Origin: Saccostrea echinata
Lineage: Eukaryota
Length of the DNA: 64,000 nt
Direction of reading: 5' to 3'
Assembly: GCF_033153115.1 (NCBI RefSeq)
Contig: NW_026889803.1
Span: 1,674,001 to 1,738,000, forward strand
Of the stretch, positions 1-13,668 are shown piece after piece. Below the pieces are notes generated by a model. It saw only the letters and a list, made by a program, of their open reading frames with translations. It was not told the DNA's origin and ran no database searches. Both the position numbers and the translations under genes were made by a program. The first letter of the stretch is position 1; each line of letters starts with the position of its first letter.

Positions 1-2621
1 CCGACGATGAACAAGGCCGAGGATGATTCAGCTCCGAGATGCACAAGTGTTGCACATGGCTATTAATTTTTGGCGAAGAGAGAGCTGCATACTTGTGCGG
101 CTACTCACATAATTAATGATGTCCTTACTGATGATGGAAGACTTAATTTTAATTGGTTAGGAAAAGAGAGGGATGTTTCTTTAAGAACTTTTGTCCTGTC
201 GGTGGCCTCAGGTTGAGAAGACGGGAAATCTCTTCACACCAGCTTTCATTCAGTGAATTGTCAAATTATCTCCAGATGGAAATTAAATCTAACTTTATAA
301 TATGTTACAAGTCTAAATCTTTTTCTTTAGAATTGGTATATTTCTGTTAAGAGTGAAATATTATATCATTTGAGTTAACATGTAGATATATGTGTACGAT
401 ACTTCCTTGTAAGGGTTCATAATGCTAATGCAAGTAAAAAAAAGTAAAAACAATATATTACAGCTATGTAATAACTAAAAATTACGCGTTGAATCATATC
501 AGTGAGATTGTAAAGATAATTTATAAAATGAATCTGATCGCATTTCCTGAAAAATGATGCAGAATAAATTGTCATCTTTAAATCTAAAGTAAACGGGTGC
601 GAGTGGGAAAACAATATAAATTAAATATTTGTACATCTAAAAAAAATCATTGCGTGAACATGGCAGCAATACAGGTTTTTTTTAAATATGGGTGGTGGGG
701 GTTGGTTGGCTTGACAAGCAAAAAACAAAGGATATTTGAGAAAAAAACTGCCCAAACTAAAAAAAAAAAACAACAACAAACAAATTATTTCATGGAAAGG
801 GAGGAGGGGCTTTCTCTCTTCGACTAAAAAAAATTATGCACATTAACAGGTTGGGGGGGGGGGGGGGGTTAGACCATATTGCAACAAAAAGGGAGGGGTG
901 ACCTTTCAATTAAAATTTCTGTATTAAAATAAAAAGCAAGAAATTATTCTCGTTAAAAAAAGGAGGGGACAGAACAGACCTCCCCGGCCCTCTGATACTA
1001 TTGTTCCTTATATCAGATATGCAAAGGTAGGTAGGTATAAATGAGGCACGCAGTATCGGGATTTGGGGGGTGGGGGGGGGATTTTTTCCAAACATAACAT
1101 TTTACTGTTGCAAATGTTCGTTGAAAGGCTGGATGCCCCTCTCCCCACTTGTTGATGCATTATAAGTGAAATAACGTTTAATGTGGTAATGGTAAGTAAT
1201 GTATTAATAAAATTTGGTTGGGAAAAAAGTTGGAACCTCTACATTTTTTTTTTTTTGCTTGTCAAACTTTTTTTTTCTGGCTGCCGCCTCCCCCTCCTTC
1301 AAAAACGATATAACGATACTACGTGTCTGTAAATTAAACGACTATACTCGTATTTTATCTTTAGCGGAGACAATCACCGTTGAATTCACCGTTGAATGCT
1401 TACCATGTGTTTTTTTTTTCAATCACTTTCAAGGCAAGATTTGTTTCCTAAAACTTAGACTTAAAATGAAATGAATTTAAAACCACAAATGTTGAAATGC
1501 GAAATTGAAAAAAAAAATTGCCCATGGAGGATTTGAATGAATCTCTACTCACTTAACTGAAAATCTTATTAATATTATGATATACTTTTCAAACAGAAGA
1601 CGGGGATAACAATGAAATGCATTGTAAGATACAGTGTAACATATATAGGGACTAGTTGAAGAGGATTTTTATGGAAACCGGTCGGTAATCTATCAATTTT
1701 AGAGCTATTTCCCTTAGCCTTCTCGTGGGTGGGGATGGAGGGAGGGAGGTGGTGGATGGGTTGGATTGGTTGCAGGTAAAGTGATCTGCCCTTTGATCTA
1801 ATTGAAATTTATAGTGTATTACTCAGTTAGTACTGCATTCAAGCATTCTAAGCATCTTATGTCAATAAATCAATTGAACACCTCTTCATTACTGAAGTAT
1901 AAGCAACAGTGGTTTTGTTCACCTTTCCTAAGTGGTTCATGGAGAGTACCCTGTGTTGAAAATGAAATACGTCATGTTGATAAACACAGTACATTGTATT
2001 TACATCTTTATACAATATGAATTTTCTCGGAAATCTTTTTTTTTTTCATTAATGTATAAAAGGTCCTTGGATTGTGAAAACCAATATCAAATTTAGATGT
2101 TTTCCCTTCTGTAGGGCATAAACAAAAACTGATATTTATACAGATAGTCTAATTTTTGTGCTCTTTCGGTTGTACCAAAATACACATTAAAATCAATATT
2201 TCTGCATATGAATAAAAATAAAGATGAAGCAATTTGACTCTTGCCGAAATGGGTTTAAGAATGCCTCTCTGCATAAGTTTTATCTTTGTTTTGTTGCTCT
2301 TTTAAAATTTTTATTTCATTTGATGATTTGCAAATTTATCCACAATCTGGGAAAAAACCCATCAGTACAAGTTCATCGATTGAATTTGAACTCTCAAAAC
2401 TTCATACTACTAGTAATAAATTTTAACCCAATTCAGTGACACTTGCTATTAAGGAATCTATATGCAAAGCAGGGACAGATCCAGGATTTTTTTTATCCAA
2501 TGGGGGTGGGGGGGGGGGGTGGGGTGGAGTTCCAATTTAGCTGTAATAAATGTCAGGGTCAGAAATTTTTTGACAAGCAAAAAAACAAACAAAAAAAAAT
2601 ACAAAACACCCCCCCCCCCCA

Positions 2622-2658
<37 letters not shown>

Positions 2659-2854
2659 AACAACTTGTCCAAACCTCATAATACTATTTCGTTGGGGTTT
2701 GGGTTTGGGTGTGGGGTTGGAAAGGGGTGGGTGGGGGTATGAGAAGACACTTTCCTAAGTCAATTTTCTTCGGATAGATGACTCTGTACTATTTTAAGAT
2801 GGGTCCATGTTTCCTATGAGTGTCTAAGGTCATTTTTTCGTTACTAGCTTTTAC

Positions 2855-2880
2855 CATAGACCTACAGCTATAGGTCTATG
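2855..2880. mobile_element. 26-bp palindromic insert (CATAGACCTA...TAGGTCTATG) with 7-bp TSD; probable P-superfamily excision footprint
   Basis: Reads cttttac|catagacctacagctataggtctatg|cctttac. Inverted ends are a perfect 10 bp; the flanking 7-mers differ by 1 base. Confidence 0.6.
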
Positions 2881-2896
2881 CCTTTACATAGAAATT

Positions 2897-2989
2897 TTGT
2901 TACATTAAAAGTTTAGACTTTATCAAGTTAAACTTAAGACTGTTACAGATAAGTTTCACTTGATAAAGTCTAAACTTTTAATGTAACAA
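2897..2989. repeat. ~93-bp near-perfect hairpin (fold-back/MITE remnant)
   Basis: ttgttacattaaaagtttagactttatcaagt(t)aaactta and its reverse complement surround a short spacer. Confidence 0.75.
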
Positions 2990-3179
2990 TTTATAACTCT
3001 GAAAATCCCGGGGTTGGTGGGAGGTCCAAGTATACGATGTAGCTGGAAGGAGTCAGACGGATGCTATGCATTCAATGAGTACTGTGGGGAAAAACTGAAG
3101 TTCAGATCATTTCACTGCAGAGTTCCTATGTCAAATTTTAACCTCTATTGTGATATTACCCTAAAATGGGTTTGTTATT

Positions 3180-3925
3180 TGAATTTTAAAAATTTGGGGA
3201 TGTTTATGTAATGATATGACTAACTGTGCATCTGTTCTTGAAAACAGCATTTTCAAAGACCCCCCTTCAAATTACCATATCAAAATTTGACCCATATTGT
3301 GACCCTAAATCCGGGAGACATGATTAGAACAAACTTAACTGAGAATCTTTACTATACAAAGGGATGTTTGTACATTAATTAATATGACTAATGGAGTCCT
3401 TTTGTTCTTGGAGAAAAGTTTTCTTTTTAAATTTACCCCTGTTATGGTCCCATCTTACCCCCTGAGGAGCGTAAATTTTTAGTACATGGGGCTGTTTTTA
3501 TTAAAATATGACTTACTTTACCCTTCTTGAACAAATTTTTAAACCTTTTTTCCTTAAGTTACAATTTAACCCTGGTGGCCGCACACTAGAAACGAGATCT
3601 ATTATTTATATAGATTGGAATGTAAAGTATATAAGGACGCTTTTACATTTACATAAGTTTTGTCTCTTACAATCCGCTGATTCTGTATAATATTAAATGT
3701 CCCATCCTATCCGTATCATTCATTCATTATTTCCCTTTGGAATGGGACATAACCTTTTATTTGAACAAATCTGAATTCTCTCATTCAAAACAAGCTGTGC
3801 TAATTAAGGTTGTACAAATTGTTTCTGATATTTTGGAGAAGATTTGTTAAGTGAATAGATGACAGACAGGCAAGCGGACAAACTTCTATCAGAACTCATC
3901 TAAGCTTTTAGCTCAGAGGAGCTAA
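3180..3925 (-). mobile_element. Degenerate Helentron-associated (HINE) element with decayed Cg170-like units
   Basis: Decayed satellite motifs (atgactaac..ctgttcttg, cccatattgtgaccc, gaacaaactt), a gacagacag microsatellite remnant and a terminal tttagctcagaggagctaaa resembling the HINE end. Boundaries are approximate. Confidence 0.5.
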
Positions 3926-4550
3926 AGGAGTTGATCCAAGGTGTATGGCTCAATCTTGAATAAAAGAAATGCATGTAGCACTAAATTGAAATCAACTTTT
4001 TTCTGGGCTAAACACAATTGGGCTTTCAAAACAGAATATTGGAAATTGGAGGAGGGTGTAACAGTTGCGCCATCTCAACAATTTTTTCATCTTCACTAAC
4101 CAAGTGTCTCATTCGCTTACTCTCACATCATAAGAGACGAGAAAAAGCGCATTGGGCACTTGGCTAATGAAGATGCAAATATTTTTGTGAAAGCATTTTA
4201 TAGGGATCATCAGTAAAGGAGTGTTGCTCAGGAAAATATCTAGAACTTTGTCAAGCTTGTACACTCCAGCAAATAGAGGTAGTCGAGTCCTGACTATATC
4301 AACAACAAAAAAGAAAGGAATGGTGACAGTCAATTTACACAACGATTCAAAGAAAGCAAAATACAGGAGTCGGTAGAGCGAACAAGACAAATTGAGATTT
4401 TCGAAAGAATAATATGTTCTGTTGCCAAAATTGATGTGTTCACTTCCTGCAACTATCATAGAACAAAATGGGAAAAAATTAGCAAAAAAAAAAATAATAA
4501 TAAAAAAATGGTCCAGTCGTTCGCTGGAAGAAGAACTAGATGATTAGCTA

Positions 4551-4710
4551 TAGCACTACTCTCCAGAAAGTGGCAGCCGGCACTACTCTCCAGAAAGCGG
4601 AAGTTAGCACTGATCTCCAGAAAGTGAAACTAGCACTACTCTCCAGAAAATGGAATCTAGGGTTTTCTTCAGAAAGTTTAAGCTAGAACTCTTTACAGAG
4701 AATGGAATTA
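4551..4710. repeat. Tandem minisatellite, ~26-bp unit x ~6
   Basis: Unit is approximately tagcactactctccagaaagtggaac and decays toward the 3' end. Confidence 0.75.
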
Positions 4711-5354
4711 TGTGTGGGCCAAGAAGTCTAACGAGAGGAGGAACAAACAACCAGGGAAAAGGGCAGTACATGTAGCTTCAACTAACTACGAGCACATCTT
4801 ATGGCTCGTCAGAGTGAAAAGAATGATCCAGGGGATGACCAACGGTTCCTACGGATTTGCTTTTGAGAAGCGCTATTGGGAACACCACATTGTATATGTT
4901 TCAAATACTAATAGGATTTAAAATTATAATTGCTAATTAATGTAATTCACCAGGGACTGAAAATATGCTTTAATAAAAGTACATATTAAATCAATTGTTT
5001 GAGCACAGTGGTAAATGTACTTAAGGAAACACGAGAAATACGTTTGATACGAAAACTACCGGTGTTAAATATTATTATCTGATAATTCAGGTAGCACATT
5101 CTTTAAAAGGTATTAAAACCCCATAGCCCTTAAGAAGTTAAACATAGCTTTTCACACAATACTACATATTGATCGTTTAGGCAGACTTTTAAAACGTATT
5201 TATTGTTCCTCTCTCGGGAGATTCAAATAGAATTGTCACCAATACCATTCGGGAGTTATCTGCCCAATGTCGGATCAGAAGAGTCCTTGACAACCTGCTG
5301 AAATGCAGTGTAAGATGCCTTTTCAATTGGGGTAAAGGGAAATTATAAGCGGAA

Positions 5355-8300
5355 ATGAATGAGGATTCTATCAAAGGTATGTGAATTATATTTATCCATC
5401 TATTTGTTCGTTATACAAAAGGCTATATTAATTTTAATTTTTTAAAAGAGTAACTCGATGTTTAAATCTGCATGTAACGATTTCATATGCATACATGCAT
5501 TGTTTCATTGTAACGCTAGACTGACATTCTACAAAACGATAGACCTTATTAAATAGCAACGGAAGTTCTCTTGAAAAAAATGTTTTATTTAACTTAAAAT
5601 GCATGTTATATTTAACTTAAAATGCAATTAAACGGAAGGCAAGTCATTATTTTTATAACAGATTTCATTGATAATAAGTATATTATATACTAAGTTGACA
5701 ACGATAATGATTTCAATTTAAATATTCAACATCAAATCTTTTAATGATTTTAAGACTTACCGGTACGTAATTTGAATTTACTTATAATATGCCGACTTCG
5801 CACAGATTACCACCCTCTTTCCCCAACCCACTAATAAACACACACATGTAAATAAACATTAAACAATCAAATCGGTTAAGGATTATTTGAACAAAAAACA
5901 AAAATTTTGAACAACTGTTCCTTAAAATAATGAAAAAAGAAAAGAGAAATCGTTAAGTGTCGTTGATTTTAGGGTCAAAGTATGACATACAAGGGTTTGA
6001 ACAAAATTAATATGTTGACATTCATCAAATATTTGCCTTCACAGGACACTAATCGTTAAAACAGCCATCGCCAATCATCGATAATTCCTCAAAAGAGCCG
6101 TTTAGAAATTACTTTCAGAATATCAGATCAGTTTTTACATATTTATTTTAGATCTCTGGTATTTGTAGAAGGTGAATATTTTTATTCCTTTTTTTATTAT
6201 ATATCGGATTATCTTTTTGATGAACGGCTTAAATGGAGCAACGATCTGGTCTAGTATTGTCAGCAAATACAAATCTGTTTAATCTTTTTACTGTATGGGG
6301 CTGCGTAAACAAATGTTCTTTTATGCCAAGAAATTTGTTTTTGATTTTCTTTACTGAATAGAATAACATTTTTTTTTTACCCAAATCAATCTTTGTTTAA
6401 AAGATAACATGTGATTGACTAAATCACATCTAAAACATCTTATACACCTCACAGCATTTTACATTCCATGTCTTAATTAACTAGTATTTAAAAACACACA
6501 CACACACACACTCATAGATAAAGTCAAAACGTCGACACCATACTGTATAATACACAGCATCGTAGACATTTTGGACATCAAATCTGATTTTAAATTGATT
6601 TTTAAAATTCAAATATCCTGATTGAATTGTGAAGAACGAGCCACTTAGATCTGACAAGTCTGTGTGTCAAAAAGGTCTGCGTTTATCTACAAAATACCTG
6701 CTGCCTTTTTAATCAAACTAAGTACGTCTTTTCAGATGTCAAGAATCGCTATTGATCTTTCGATACAGATATTTGACTTCGATAAGAAAAATAGATATCG
6801 ACTTATATCCTATAAGTTAATATAAACCTTATTTTCAAATCATTTTTCATACAGTTGTCTCACATACAGCTGTTAACAATATAGGATAGCAATATAGATA
6901 GTTATGAAGGCATTCTTTCGTGCAACTTTCCCATAATCGTAAATTTCATAAAATGTTTTGACATTGCCTTTATCTCGTAGTGCATGTACAAGCGAATGTT
7001 TGATTTTATCTGTCTACCCGCAAGAAAATGGCAGGCAGACTATTCTGTTCTTAAGATTTATGGTAAAGACTATGACATTTGGTCGACAACATGCGTAATT
7101 ATGGATCGAAATCCAAACATAGAATATCAAACCATTATCTAATACATTGCATCATATTTTTCCTTCAATTGATATTTTTTGATTTGGCAATCATTACTAC
7201 AAATTTAGAAACTGGATCATAAAATTATTGTTGTAATGGTACCTTTCTAATCGATTATAAATTGTTATATATACTTTACCCGTTTCTGTTCAACACTTAT
7301 ATTTATTTAATCATTTGATATATTTTCAGAAACCTTTGAAACAGAGGAAGATCAGCTAAAACATGGTCTTCTCCATGGAGGGTTCAACCTCCATGATCTT
7401 CCTCGACTCCCATCCAATGTCGTCAAACTGTACGTCTGCGCAAACAGGAAAGGTAACGCTCAGTAATCTTTAAAAAATTCTCAATAATGAGGAAGTCTCT
7501 GACCGATTCATTGAAAGTGTCTTGGTGAAATCAGGAGGGAAAAGTTTTGCAAATTATATTTTCTAGAGTTTGAAAAGGAACGAGAGATTTTAATCAGAGA
7601 GGTGTATCCCGACCTGAGACGTTACTGCCGGGACAATCATGGAGTGGACTTTCACGTAAGAACCAAATCCTCATAAAGTACTTTATTAAGATCATGCGAT
7701 GAATTTTGTACAGTACATTATATTTTATCAAAGCTAAGTACTATTAATATTTAAAATACATGTATTCATGTTGTGAATGTCGATGTAGGCTGTTGATTTA
7801 CGATGGGGATCAAGGAAGGAAGTGGATGTATTCCAGCCGATGTTTCTGCGAGAACTTCAACTGTGTCAGAAAGACACAATGGGTCCAAATATACTTGTAA
7901 GAACAATGATTTTAATAGCCAGTGGTATTCCACCATAGCGTAATTCACAAATTGTTAAAAGGCTTAATTTTTTTAGTGCATGTTAAGTGAAGATGAGGAA
8001 GTGTGGTATCCGCCATTGGAGGTGGAAAAAGACGAGTACGAAACTTTACTGGAATTCTTAGCTTCCTGTGGATTTGAAGACGAGGCTCTCTTTGTGGATA
8101 GGTACTACAAGGAAGACAAAAATGGCCCTACACCATACTACTATTTACAAGTGGACTTCCAACAGACTTGTAAGAATGAAGTGTTTTCTCATTTTCGCTT
8201 TTCCACATTCGATGTGTACAGATCAGGTCTGTCACCAACAGATGATTTAAGCATGTGTCCCTTATAGTTGATTTAAACATACATATATTGCCCTCATTAA

Positions 8301-11300
8301 TTCCAAGTTATTATTCGCAATGATTGATTCTTCTTGCAGATTCTGACGAATGGTCTAGCACACTTTGTCTTCTTCAACAAATCTTTCTGAAAGCATCCGA
8401 AGCTTGTCTGCAGAAAGGAATGATTGACACTGAAACTTACATGGAGTTCAAGCCTATAGGTAATAAAAGATATTCATTTGGTACAAACTGTCACTTCATT
8501 ATGTGAAGCAGACTTTCTATTGTGGAGATATATTTGTAGGCTTAGAGAACGAAGTTGAAACAGGAATCCTTGCAGTTGATCGGAAACATAGGGAAAGAAA
8601 CTGCATCTTGTACGTAAAAGGATTATTACAAGAAGGAAAAGAGAGTACAGTAGATGACAACAGTAGTTCTTGTACAGAGAGTACCATTAGTAACGGTTTC
8701 CTACCAAGCAGTCTCAGAGAAACAGTGTATGAAAATATGCGAGGAAGCGTGAACGTTATAACTGAGCCTGTAGATGATGTATCACTTGAAAAGTTAGAAT
8801 TTTCTAAAACGTTTGCAAACAAAGTCTACTGTTCAGTGAAAGAAATCGTGGATGAGTCGATCAGAAATCAAAATCCCGTGCAAAGAGATCCTTTTTTCAG
8901 GGAAATTTACAACCAGTGGAATTTTCTTAAATCTTCTCAGTGTCCATTTCTGGAGAGAGATGATTTGATGTCTGCAACGAAGGATTATTTTCTATCAGAA
9001 ACAGATAGACCTTTGGCAATTATCGGTGAAAATGGAGCAGGGAAGACCTCTGCATTGGCGAAGATTATCAGAGATGTGAATACCGCCATATATAACAAAG
9101 ACTTGACGATGAGGACAGCTATTGTGTTCCGATTTGTAGGAGAGACTCAAGTTGTCACCGCACGACAGTTTCTCTTCAATCTTTGTCTTCATTTGGTCGA
9201 CTTGATGGGAAAGGATCGAAGCGAAATCCCCACGGATTACAAACAGTTGAAATACTTTTTCTCAGAGCTTCTTCTCAGTGGAGAATTTGGCGGCATGCTA
9301 ATAATTCTTCTAGATTCGGTGGATCTGCTAGAAGATAATCACAACTTCGAATGGCTCCCAATAAAAATAGCAGTAAATGTCAAATTGATTGTATCATGTA
9401 GTTCAAACAGGACAGAATTGTTCACTCATTTGTTAGATAGATGTAAAGACAGTGTCCACTTTCTATCACCACTGTCCTCTACCGAGTGTGAAAGGATTTT
9501 CAGAGCTTCCCTGAGCACTAGTTGGAGGTCGGTAACATACGAACAAATGTCCATTGTAAAAGACGCATTCCAGGTATGCACCTTACCATTGTTTTTGTCA
9601 ATGGCTATCGAGGAGGCTAAACGTTGGCATTCCTACGACGACATGAATTTTTGTTTCATCGGAGAAAGCGTTGGAGAAAACATAAACGCCCTATTTGAAC
9701 GCATTGAAAAAGAGCATGAAACCTTGCTTGTATCGCATTTTCTTGGTTACCTCACTGCTGCAAACCTGGGATTGAGCGAGGCCGAATTACTGGATATTAT
9801 GTCAATCGATGAAGCGTTGCTTGATGACGTCACTGCATGCTGCAAAACTACCATTAGAAGAATGCCGGCGTATCTCCCAGCGCGTTTGTTACAAGATCTT
9901 GAACCCTTTATCACAGAGAGGGAAGTTGATGGGATACTGGTGCTATCATGGAAGCACAGGCAATTTCAAGATGCAGCCGCTAAGAAATATTTAAGTGAAG
10001 AGAAATTCGTGGAGGATCTGCATTCAAACATTGCGGACTACTTCTTGGGAACATGGGGAGGATCCATAAGAAAACCATATCATGAAAGCAATAAATCTCA
10101 TCTTCAAAAAAGAGAAAATGAAGCATGTCGATTTTTATGCGAGCAACCAAATCATTTTGGAAGTACAGAAGCAATGACAACTTACAATCTGAGGAAGTTC
10201 CGACATCTTCCCTTCAGCCTCCGAAGAAGTAATCGCCTGGATGATTTGAAGAAATATGTACTGTGTGATTTAGATTACATGTTTGACAAAATTAAGTCCT
10301 CGACATTTCAGGAACTCTTGAGAGACTACAATGACGCACCAGATCGAGAAATTCAACTTGTAGAGGATGCATTAAAAATGGCAAAACCAACAATTGAAAA
10401 GGACATAAATTGTTTAGGAGCGGAGTTGTCAGGTCGACTGCTTGAACACACTAAATCCTATAAATATATTCGCCAACTTGTGCACAACTGTGACTTGTAC
10501 GCTCAAAGAAACTGTCCTTTGATTCCCAACTGCCAATGTTACAATACGCCAGGTGGGCTGCTGCAATACAGTTTTAACGCCGAAAGTGCATCAAATATTT
10601 CCTTTCATCAAAGTCCGTGTGGTATTTTTCTTACAGCTAAAACTGCCGGTTCCCTTTCGTTAAGAGCGTGGGAGATTTCAAAGGGGGATCCAAGGCCTGA
10701 AATAGTGATGCCTTTTGGTCAAATATACGCGACTAAGGACGGAAGTTTTCTAAACGTTTTTTGCAATGACGGAACTGTTAAAATTTTTCGTTCCGATTGT
10801 GGTGAACTTTACGATTCAATCGAGTACAAATATGACGATATTGCAAGTGTTTGTGTTTCGAAAAAGTATCTAGCACTTGCATTGCAAAGGGAAACAGGTC
10901 CATATCTTATCGACGTAACGGAAGCATCCCTAATTCACAGATTTAGCTACCATTCACGGAGCATGGCATTTAATTCTCAGGAAACACATTTTGTTTGTGA
11001 GTCAGGTCGTAATATTTACCTATTTGAATTACCACGATTAGTGCGAAAATGCACTGGAGAAGCAAGTGATGTCCCGAAACAAATTGTCCTTTGTGGAGAT
11101 AAAAAATGTTTTGTCGTCACCAAAAGCAAACAAGTTGAAACTATCATTTTTGACATCACTAACAAACACTATAGGCGTAACAACCTAATGACTGACATCG
11201 ATATCCGTGATATGAAGTTGTCCAACACTGGATTTATTCTAGTCATTATGACTGGAAAGAGTCTTCGCCTGTTTTCAACCAGTACGGAAAAGCAGAAGTT

Positions 11301-13008
11301 CATTAATAATGACTTGCCGCCTTGTTGTTTGACATATCCGTCTTCTAACTACGCCAGTGTGTCATTCTCCGTTGATGATAAGTTGTTAATAGGAATAAGA
11401 GGCTACTTTGTTCTCATTTGGAAAACAGACACCGGGAAACTTGCACGTGTTTTGCAGACCGGAAATACCCCGCTCTTGAAATTGCTGACGTCATCTGCAA
11501 CTAATAAAGCAGTGACACTGTCAGCTGACAACGATGTCCAGATCTGGGATTTGAGCAATGTTGATTATCCAACTAGACATACTGACAAAGTATTTCAAAA
11601 TCCAGTCAAAATTACTGAAGTCCTTCACGCCAAACATCAAGTCGTCTGCTTAGGATCAAATCAAGAAGACGTAAAAATTGTTAACAGCAGTAGTGGACAA
11701 ATCGAACACGTTTTACGGAACGACGATGATGTTGGTCCTGTCCATGATTTCATAGTATCTAAAGATGGCAATTATGTCATAACACGAATTAATTCCCAAA
11801 GCCTAAGAGGTCAATCCTCTACAGAAGCCATCCTCTATGATGATTTATTGTGGGATGTCAAGAGTGGTAGTAAAATTCGACATGTCTTCGACAGTCGCTT
11901 TGCCGTTTTCTCCAATAACTGCCGAACCTTGGTGTTTGTAACTTGTGTGAATCTTTCCAAAAACTGGAGAAATAACGTCTACAACTTAGAAACCACAGCT
12001 CTGGACTCTGATTTCAATTTTCTATGCGATTTTCCCGAGAAGACAGAGTTTTTGACCACACCCTGTGTTGTTTCTGAAGAGGAATTTAGTTACATCGTAG
12101 GAGTTGTCAAAACAGGTGCGCCGGCGGACACTGAAAGTAAAGATGAAATCAACACCCAACTTCTTGTTAGAGGACTGTTCAGTCCCTCAGCAACGTACAG
12201 AATGATTGGAATCAGAGATATTGTTCAGACACTGGGTGAGGAGGATACTTTTCTAGATGCCTTTCCATATCAAGAATGTAGCTGCTTGATCGTTTACGAG
12301 AACAGGAAGGGGTTGAACAATTCAAAGAGCTCCAACCCTTATCCAAAAGGGGCTGTAGTTTATAATGTTGAAAAGGAAGAATGTCTTTTTCACTTCTCTT
12401 CATTTTTAGAACCAACAACAGATGTATCCAGGATCAAATTTTCATCAAATAATAAAGTTATCCTGGATAATAATGGAAATGTATTCACAGCAGAATCAAA
12501 TTTTAAAGTGCCAAATACACGAAGCAAAGGACTGGACTTAAGATATTCACGTCTAGCATTGAAAGGGCAGCACATTATTGGACTAACCAAAGATCGCACT
12601 GAGTTAACAGTGGTTCGATCCAGCGATGGTGTCCAGAATGCAAAAATCCCTGTTCACGGCCGAGGATGTTGCCTGAGCGTGGACCACGACGACAGAACCA
12701 TCGTAGTTGGCTGTGAGGACGGAAGAGTCATGGTGTGGAGTCTGATTTTACACCTGAGTGATCCCATGGCGGAACTCATTTCAAAACTTCCCAGTCGAGT
12801 GTCCAATCCTAATAAAGTGACTGACAATCAAGCAGTGGATTTGTTGCAAAACGATATAAAATATATAGAGGGTCGAAAACCAGCACAGCCAACGATCACC
12901 AGTCAGACTGACATCAGAAGACCACCAAGTCATCAGACCGTGTCCACCGCAGTGTTTCTGACACAGCAAACAAGTCTGGGGAGAGAGACACCCTGTCATG
13001 TACAATAA
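5355..13008 (+). CDS. NACHT and WD40 repeat domain-containing protein (NWD2-like STAND NTPase: DUF4062-like N-terminus, NACHT, WD40), ~1707 aa, 7 exons
   Basis: Exons 5355-5376, 7330-7452, 7567-7655, 7789-7896, 7977-8169, 8340-8459, 8540-13008 are all GT-AG and in frame (5124 nt). N-terminal EREILIREVYPDLRRYCRDNHGVDFHAVDLRWG is the NWD1/2 DUF4062 signature. Walker A is GENGAGKTS and Walker B is LIILLDSVD, followed by GLSEAELLDIMSIDE and SWKHRQF motifs and C-terminal WD40-like repeats (DVQIWDL, IVVGCEDGRVMVWSL). Exon 1 is the least certain. Confidence 0.85.
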
Positions 13009-13668
13009 CAAACATTAATAGTATTATTTAATTTGGAGTTTTTGTGCCAATTACTAATAAATGAAATTTTGCATTGAAATGATGGAATACTGGATATACA
13101 TAAATGTTCAAACAAATGTGGCATTGTTCAGATAAAACTTAATATACATTACTGTAAATACATGTATTAGTTACTGATTATTGTTGAAACACAATATTTT
13201 GGTTAATAATGTCACAAATATATAAAAGATAAAAACTGGAAATGGAATCTAAAACTTGAATAAACTTCCATATAAGGTAATAAAGTTTTTGTGCAGTTAC
13301 TGTTGACAAAACTAAAGCATCCTCATGTCCAATATGAAATGTTATATCACGGATTATTATTCTATACGTGATATACTTCTGTTATGCACGATAAGATAAG
13401 AAAGATATTATACACGTATAAGGCCTCTCTGAAGGAAGTTCATTAAAAACATAATCCATATTGGTAAATTTGATATATTGAAACACCATATTTGATCTCT
13501 GCTTCCCATAAAACTCATTGAGAAAATTTGACCTAAAGAAAAAGTTCTAAAGTTTCACTCTAAATTCAATGTGAACTCCCTCAAGAGCCCCCTGGAATTT
13601 TGTCCAAAACCACGATTCCTAGCGCTTCTTTCACGAGAGACCTTGGTTAAGAAACAAGAGTACTGAAG

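Noticed and set aside
1-66. Possible 3' end of a + strand CDS (PTMNKAEDDSAPRCTSVAHGY*)
   Set aside because: Too short, no recognisable motif and truncated by the window edge; cannot be supported.
153-3690. Numerous 60-100-aa ORFs in the first 3.7 kb, and similar ones elsewhere in repeats
   Set aside because: Derived from homopolymers, microsatellites and TE remnants, with no domain or splice support.
4551-4710. CRISPR-like appearance of short regular repeats
   Set aside because: Head-to-tail units without unique spacers, no cas genes, and eukaryotic context.
4109-4921. ORFs 4109-4459 (-) and 4712-4921 (+), and coding-like composition
   Set aside because: No recognisable domain or consistent splice structure, and the + frames contain several stops. 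Possibly a decayed element, but unassignable.
8503-8539. Start of the 1501-aa ORF as given in the ORF track
   Set aside because: It is intronic read-through. The exon begins after the AG at 8538-8539 and the protein extends through six upstream exons.
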